IMG/VR virus record: IMGVR_UViG_3300027874_000027
Location: 1-31,138 of that record
Source: a virus
Lineage: Duplodnaviria; Caudoviricetes
Length of the DNA: 31,138 bases
Direction: 5' to 3' (one strand)
Shown: positions 27,118 through 31,138 of the stretch, piece after piece
How positions within the stretch are numbered: position 1 is the stretch's first letter
Layout of the letters: the number at the start of each line of letters is the position of its first letter
Program-made: the position numbers and the translations under genes
Notes under the pieces: model-generated
Told to the model about the DNA's origin: nothing
The model's input: the letters and a program-made list of their open reading frames with translations, nothing else
Databases searched by the model: none

Positions 27118-27441
27118 ATGACAGTGAGTGAGCAGATTGAAGTCTCGATGCGCGCGCGTCTGCACGCGATCAAGACTGCGTGCGACCTCGTCGTCGCGAG
27201 CAGCACGAACGAAGGGCTCGTGAAGTTCGCGCTCTTGATCGCTGAGAAGACGGGCATCGTCGCTGAACCGCTTGAGATCATCGTCGCACGTCAATCATCA
27301 AGCAGCATGAGCGAACGCTTCGCGATCTACGCGAACGGCAAACTGATCGAGGGCGGCTTCTTCTCGCGCGCATACGCTGAAGCATGGGCGCAGAAGTACC
27401 GCGACGGCAAGTTCAGCATCCCGAAAGGTGGTGCGCGATGA
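27064..27441 (+). CDS. Hypothetical protein
   Basis: MSTKKQKTAVTGGGTAPR... Confidence 0.72.
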   Translation: MSTKKQKTAVTGGGTAPRMTVSEQIEVSMRARLHAIKTACDLVVASSTNEGLVKFALLIAEKTGIVAEPLEIIVARQSSSSMSERFAIYANGKLIEGGFFSRAYAEAWAQKYRDGKFSIPKGGAR

Positions 27442-27632
27442 ACGACGACATCACAACGCGCGGCAAGACTGCGCATGATCGCGCGATCTGCTCGATCTGC
27501 GGGCGTCCTTACAAAGATCACGGACACAACGCGCAACCGATCAACAACGGGCGCTGCTGCGACACGTGCAACACGAACATCGTCGTGCCGCGTCGCATCG
27601 AGAACATGAAGCGCGCGAAGGAGGCACGATGA
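27438..27632 (+). CDS. Small zinc-binding phage protein
   Basis: CSICG...GHNAQP...GRCCDTCN...VVPRR. SD-like AAAGGTGG and ATGA overlap. Confidence 0.8.
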   Translation: MNDDITTRGKTAHDRAICSICGRPYKDHGHNAQPINNGRCCDTCNTNIVVPRRIENMKRAKEAR

Positions 27633-28597
27633 ACATCGTCACGTTCAACGAACCGTTCGAGCACGCGATCGCTGCATGGACTGCCGGTCAGCCTGAGCTT
27701 CGAGCAGTTGCTGAAGTGTCGTCGCTGCCGTTCAAGAACTGGCAGACGTCACCGCTCTTCAACTACGCGACGCTGCGCGAGAAAGAGCAGAAGCTGATCA
27801 AGTCGATGCTTGAGTCTGACTTCAAGCTCGAAACGTGCCCGTGGCCGTTCGAGACGTTCAGGCTCTCAATGGTCGAGCGCGCGAACGAGAAGTGGGACGA
27901 CCCGCTCTATCCTGGTCAGAAGTTCGGCGGCGGTCACTACCGCGCTGACTTCGTTGTCACCCGTCACAACGAGCACATCTACATGCTTGCGAACGTGATT
28001 CGACTCTTCGATGAAACGCCGCAGACGCTCGCGATCGCGCGCAAGCACGCACCGATGATCGTCTACATCGGCGACGTCTTCACGACGCTCGACAACCCTG
28101 ATCAGTACCAATACAAGCACGCGATCTTCAGCGCCGGGCGCTGGTTCTTCGACATCGAGAGCACGACGCTCTTCACGATCGACTGCGGTCTGATGGACTC
28201 GCTCGCTGGCTTCATTCTCGATTCGATTGCACCGAACAATCGCGTCGCTGAAGTGCGCCCAGCAGTGAACGGGCACACGTCAGTCGAGTGGGTCAAAGCG
28301 CGCACGCACTACACGCTGATCACGCACGATCACCCGGCGAACTCGAAAGACGTCGCTGAGCGCGCGCGCGTCAATCAGGGCAGCGCTGACGAGCAGATGA
28401 AGCGCATGGCGCACGCGCGTCGCGCACACTTCAAGACGCTCAAGCATCCGCGCTACCGCTTCGCGCTGAACGAGCAGCGCTTCGCACATCTGCCGAAGGG
28501 CACGATCTTCGTCAAGCAAGCGTGGGTCGGACCCAAAGAATGGATGGACGAAGGCGGACGTCAAATCTACAAGATACTCGAACCGATCGACGAGTGA
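27629..28597 (+). CDS. Hypothetical phage protein with C-terminal HxRRxH...WVG motif
   Basis: AAGGAGG SD; HARRAHFK...VKQAWVG. Confidence 0.8.
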   Translation: MNIVTFNEPFEHAIAAWTAGQPELRAVAEVSSLPFKNWQTSPLFNYATLREKEQKLIKSMLESDFKLETCPWPFETFRLSMVERANEKWDDPLYPGQKFGGGHYRADFVVTRHNEHIYMLANVIRLFDETPQTLAIARKHAPMIVYIGDVFTTLDNPDQYQYKHAIFSAGRWFFDIESTTLFTIDCGLMDSLAGFILDSIAPNNRVAEVRPAVNGHTSVEWVKARTHYTLITHDHPANSKDVAERARVNQGSADEQMKRMAHARRAHFKTLKHPRYRFALNEQRFAHLPKGTIFVKQAWVGPKEWMDEGGRQIYKILEPIDE

Positions 28598-28604
28598 AAA
28601 TCGA

Positions 28605-28662
28605 CTGTGCATATCTTGCTGAACATGTTCAGCTGAACAGCACAAGATATGCACAGCTTTTT
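28605..28662 (+). terminator. Long inverted repeat with nested palindromes and T tract (terminator or operator)
   Basis: ctgtgcatatcttg (28605-18) / caagatatgcacag (28643-56) followed by cttttt. Confidence 0.55.
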
Positions 28663-28674
28663 CTTGAAATAATG

Positions 28675-28703
28675 TTGCAGAGCGAACAGTTCGATGAGAG
28701 GAT
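28675..28703 (+). promoter_or_regulatory. sigma70-like promoter for a leaderless transcript, with operator
   Basis: TTGCAG-17-GAGGAT-6 nt-ATG(28710). Operator AGCGAAC-A-GTTCGAT at 28681-28695. Confidence 0.7.
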
Positions 28704-28709
28704 GGCAGC

Positions 28710-28994
28710 ATGTCGAACACAACTCAAAACAACAACGAAGTCAGCGCGACGACTGAGCAAGATCGCGCAATCGCGCGTGCAGCAACGATCAACCACTGGA
28801 GCAAGCAGATCGCTGCGCGCACGAACTATCAGCAATACAAAATCTCACATCTTCAGCTGCAGAAACTTCTCGAAGTCGTGCACTGCGGCGGCGCGCGCAC
28901 GCTCGAACACGTCGCGGGTCTCGTGAACACGAACCTCTTCATCGAGCGCATCGCGCAGAACACATTCAGAATCGAACTGCGCAACAACATCTAG
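28710..28994 (+). CDS. Hypothetical protein
   Basis: MSNTTQ N-terminus is identical to that of the 25825 gene. Confidence 0.72.
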   Translation: MSNTTQNNNEVSATTEQDRAIARAATINHWSKQIAARTNYQQYKISHLQLQKLLEVVHCGGARTLEHVAGLVNTNLFIERIAQNTFRIELRNNI

Positions 28995-28997
28995 TTC

Positions 28998-29084
28998 GTG
29001 ATCAGCTGTCTGCGCACTCGCTGAGTGCGCAGCAAGATGAGCACAACAACACAAGCAGTCATGGGCGCGAGCACAGTGTCGCGC
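28998..29084 (+). repeat. Two-hairpin gene-start element, copy E
   Basis: gtgatcagctgt ctgcgcactc-gct-gagtgcgcag caag ATG ... agtcatgg gcgcga gc aca gt g tcgcgc. Confidence 0.92.
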
Positions 29085-29642
29085 TTCGGCAACTCTTCAA
29101 CAACGATGACCGCCAAGTTCGCAGGCACGTGCGTCGGCTGTCATCAGCGCATTCACGTCGGCGATCAGATCGAGTGGTCGCGCGGCGCTGGTGCGCGTCA
29201 CGTGCACTGCCCTGAAGTCAGTGAGACGCAGAGCGACGCGATCGCGTTCATCAGCTCTGAGCGCACGCGCGAGCGCACGATCTCGATCAGCCCGGGCGTG
29301 TTTCGCAAAGACGGGCGCATCTATGTCGTCAAGCAGACGCGCAAAGACAGCGCGAACCCTGACGCACCGCGCCGTCTCTACGCGAAAGAGATCATCGAGA
29401 GCGCAAAGCGCATCACTGAAGACGGCGAGCAAGCTGACTTCGAGAGCGTGTATGCGCGCGGCGTCGTCTATGATCTCACTGAAGCTGATCGCTGGGACTG
29501 GGCAGACGCGAGCGCGTTCTTGACGAAGTATGCGCGCTGCATCGTCTGCAACGCGCACTTGAAAGCAGCGAAGAGCGTCGCGGGCGCGATCGGACCCGTC
29601 TGTGCGAAGTATTTCAAGCACAAGCACGCAGAAGCAGCGTAA
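29037..29642 (+). CDS. Protein with two zinc-binding modules (C-terminal DUF6011-like)
   Basis: AKFAGTCVGC...HVHC and CIVCNAHL...SVAGAIGPVC. Confidence 0.78.
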   Translation: MSTTTQAVMGASTVSRFGNSSTTMTAKFAGTCVGCHQRIHVGDQIEWSRGAGARHVHCPEVSETQSDAIAFISSERTRERTISISPGVFRKDGRIYVVKQTRKDSANPDAPRRLYAKEIIESAKRITEDGEQADFESVYARGVVYDLTEADRWDWADASAFLTKYARCIVCNAHLKAAKSVAGAIGPVCAKYFKHKHAEAA

Positions 29643-29739
29643 ATGTTCGACGACACTGTCGCTCGCGCAAGCGGGCGGCAGCACGATGAACATGAACAAC
29701 AAAGCAGCAGCAGTGATGGGCGAGGGCATTGCGCCTCGC
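29643..29739 (+). repeat. Two-hairpin gene-start element, copy F
   Basis: atgttcgacgaca ctgtcgctcgc-gcaa-gcgggcggcag cacg ATG ... agtgatgg gcgagg gc att gc g cctcgc. Confidence 0.9.
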
Positions 29740-29925
29740 AGCAGCAAGCGACCAGCGATCGTGAGCGATGAGCATCTTCGCTTTCTCGACGCTCTGCGCG
29801 AGAGCGGCGCGACGAACATGTTCGGCGCGGGTCCGTATCTCGTCGAGCAGTTCAACGTCACGCGCTCTGAATCGCACACGATTCTCGGCTACTGGATGAA
29901 GAGCTTCGGAAAGGAGACGCGATGA
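29686..29925 (+). CDS. Small phage protein (LRESGxTNMFGA family)
   Basis: FLDALRESGATNMFGAGPYL...WMKSF, preceded by the shared leader. Confidence 0.8.
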   Translation: MNMNNKAAAVMGEGIAPRSSKRPAIVSDEHLRFLDALRESGATNMFGAGPYLVEQFNVTRSESHTILGYWMKSFGKETR

Positions 29926-30248
29926 CGAACGAACAAATCGAAGAAGCATCACGTCAGCACTTCTATTGGTTCGCGAAAGCGGTCACTGCGCTCGACAAGA
30001 TGCGCGTGCTCGCGCTCGACATGACGCAGCAGCACACTGACGCGTTCGCGAAAGCACAGCAAGAGTTCAAAGAAGCGAGCGGGCGCTGCAAGGTCGAGTT
30101 CGAGATCATGCAGAAAGGCATGATCGCGCAGATCGAGCAGCAGCTCGCGAAAGATGATCCGATTCAGCGCTTGCTTGACGGCGGCGGCGAAGGCGGCTCG
30201 ACCGATTGTCTGTTCGACGACGAGAGCAACGATGAAGAAGTTTCCTAA
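29922..30248 (+). CDS. Hypothetical coiled-coil protein
   Basis: AAAGGAG SD, ATGA overlap. Confidence 0.75.
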   Translation: MTNEQIEEASRQHFYWFAKAVTALDKMRVLALDMTQQHTDAFAKAQQEFKEASGRCKVEFEIMQKGMIAQIEQQLAKDDPIQRLLDGGGEGGSTDCLFDDESNDEEVS

Positions 30249-30654
30249 TGCGAGCGAAGCGTTCAAAGCCCTTAACGCTGGTCTTGGACTATCGCGTCCC
30301 GTCACTCAATCGAGTGCTCAAGCGTCACTGGGCGATCGTGCATCGCGAAAAGCGTCGCGTGCTGCTCGCACTCGGCTCAGCTATTGCGCGAGCCTTGTGC
30401 GACCGCTCGACCCCGACAACTTGGCTGGCTCGACTAAATACTGCACAGACGCGCTTGTGCGCAGCGGTCTGCTTCATGGGGATTCGCCAGAGCAGATCGA
30501 GATCGTCTGGTCGCAGAAAAAGGTCGCTCACTTTGATGAGGAAAAGCTCACTATCACAATTTCAGGCTGCGCAGACATCGCAGCTGAAGTCGGAGCAGCG
30601 GCAACCGATGAAAGCGCCGCAGAACAAAGCAAACAGAAAGAAAAAATAACATGA
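30232..30654 (+). CDS. rusA: RusA-like Holliday junction resolvase, catalytic half
   Basis: RPLDPDNLAGSTKYCTDAL...LLHGD matches the RusA D-x-D-N...K...D pattern. Confidence 0.7.
   Translation: MKKFPNASEAFKALNAGLGLSRPVTQSSAQASLGDRASRKASRAARTRLSYCASLVRPLDPDNLAGSTKYCTDALVRSGLLHGDSPEQIEIVWSQKKVAHFDEEKLTITISGCADIAAEVGAAATDESAAEQSKQKEKIT
30248..30649 (+). CDS. Overlapping ORF carrying a RusA-like N-terminal segment
   Basis: TAATG-coupled start. LTLVLDYRVPSLNRVLKRHW...REK resembles the RusA N-terminal PSxN...HW...K segment. Confidence 0.55.
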   Translation: MRAKRSKPLTLVLDYRVPSLNRVLKRHWAIVHREKRRVLLALGSAIARALCDRSTPTTWLARLNTAQTRLCAAVCFMGIRQSRSRSSGRRKRSLTLMRKSSLSQFQAAQTSQLKSEQRQPMKAPQNKANRKKK

Positions 30655-31138
30655 TCAAAGGAATCACTCTGCCAGCGCTTGCTGAGCAGATCAAACGAGA
30701 ACACGGCGAGAAGAAAGACTTCATCGCGCCGACGACGCAGCTGCGCTACGAAGCGAAAGGCGAGCGCGGCTCGATCGGCTTCGCGATGAACGACAACGAC
30801 TGGGTCGAGACCGAACCGACCGAGCATTGTCTCGCGCAAATATGTCAGCGATCAGGAATTCCCAAGCCCTACGCCGACAGAATGCGCGGAGACAACCTCG
30901 AATTGCTCGCTCACAACGTTAATTGGTGGTGGCAGCACAAGTCAGAGAAGCGCATGTTGCGCACGCTTGTCAATGGCGAGCATCGCGCACGCGCGTTCGT
31001 GAGCGAGCGCTATCGCCCGCTCGACAACTACGATCTCGCAAAGGTCGTGCTTCCGCGTCTCGCGAAAGCTGGGTGTGAAGTTCTCTCGTGTCAGATCACT
31101 GAAACGAGACTCTACATTCAAGCAGCGACGCCGGAGAT
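30651..31138 (+). CDS. DUF932-like phage protein, 3'-truncated (not in the ORF track)
   Basis: Manual translation MIKGITLPALAEQIKRE...GIPKPYADRM...MLRTL...RARAFVSERYRPLDNYDL..., open to the window end. Confidence 0.8.
   Translation, partial: MIKGITLPALAEQIKREHGEKKDFIAPTTQLRYEAKGERGSIGFAMNDNDWVETEPTEHCLAQICQRSGIPKPYADRMRGDNLELLAHNVNWWWQHKSEKRMLRTLVNGEHRARAFVSERYRPLDNYDLAKVVLPRLAKAGCEVLSCQITETRLYIQAATPE

Larger units (their letters stand above)
1..31138. mobile_element. Tailed phage or prophage genome segment (siphovirus-like; Mu-like head genes, GTA-like tail tip)
   Basis: Contiguous terminase-portal-capsid-tail-lysis synteny plus replication and early genes. No host housekeeping genes. No integrase or att site seen, so lifestyle is undetermined. 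Confidence 0.97.

Noticed and set aside
26166-29685. Junction hairpins as intrinsic terminators
   Set aside because: No U tract follows on either strand; each is followed directly by CANG-ATG.
26166-29739. Repeated hairpins as a CRISPR array
   Set aside because: Copies are conserved in structure rather than sequence, are separated by whole genes of hundreds of bp, and no cas genes are present.
26166-29739. Repeats as integron attC sites
   Set aside because: No RYYYAAC/GTTRRRY core sites and no integron integrase. G-U pairs and GNRA loops favour sense-strand RNA.
1-31138. Transposable Mu-like phage assignment
   Set aside because: Only the head genes are Mu-like. No transposase, MuB or Mor is seen, and an initiator-type replication gene is present.
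1-31138. tRNA or rRNA genes; diversity-generating retroelement
   Set aside because: No cloverleaf, no reverse transcriptase, and no adenine-variable repeat pair recognised by eye.

Overview
This 31-kb, GC-rich window is part of a tailed dsDNA phage or prophage, probably a siphovirus. No integrase, repressor or att site is visible. The left two-thirds (1-20350, minus strand) is a morphogenesis and lysis operon. In transcription order it encodes TerS, TerL, a Mu gp29/DUF935-type portal, a 715-aa protease-scaffold-capsid polyprotein, an inserted GT9 glycosyltransferase and methyltransferase, head-tail proteins, tail tube, tail chaperones with a likely -1 frameshift, tape measure, a GTA-like tail tip (Dit/hub, NlpC/P60, central tail protein), a holin and a GH75 chitosanase-like lysin. 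Region 20.9-24.5 kb (minus strand) holds a replication initiator with iteron-like motifs, a DNA methyltransferase and a PLP-fold enzyme. Region 24.5-31.1 kb (plus strand) is an early/accessory region driven by sigma70-like, nearly leaderless promoters that share a 15-bp palindromic operator. The most striking signal is in this last region. Six unrelated small genes share an A/C-rich 5' end followed by AGUNAYGG and a 20-nt bulged-G hairpin with clear base-pair covariation, 20 or 26 nt after the AUG. Five of them are also preceded by a CTG-stem-CAG hairpin ending exactly 4 nt before the AUG. These genes have no Shine-Dalgarno sequence, while their neighbours do. Also notable are a RusA-like resolvase apparently split over two overlapping frames and a strand-specific structured RNA downstream of the capsid gene. 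All assignments come from reading the sequence; no database searches were run.
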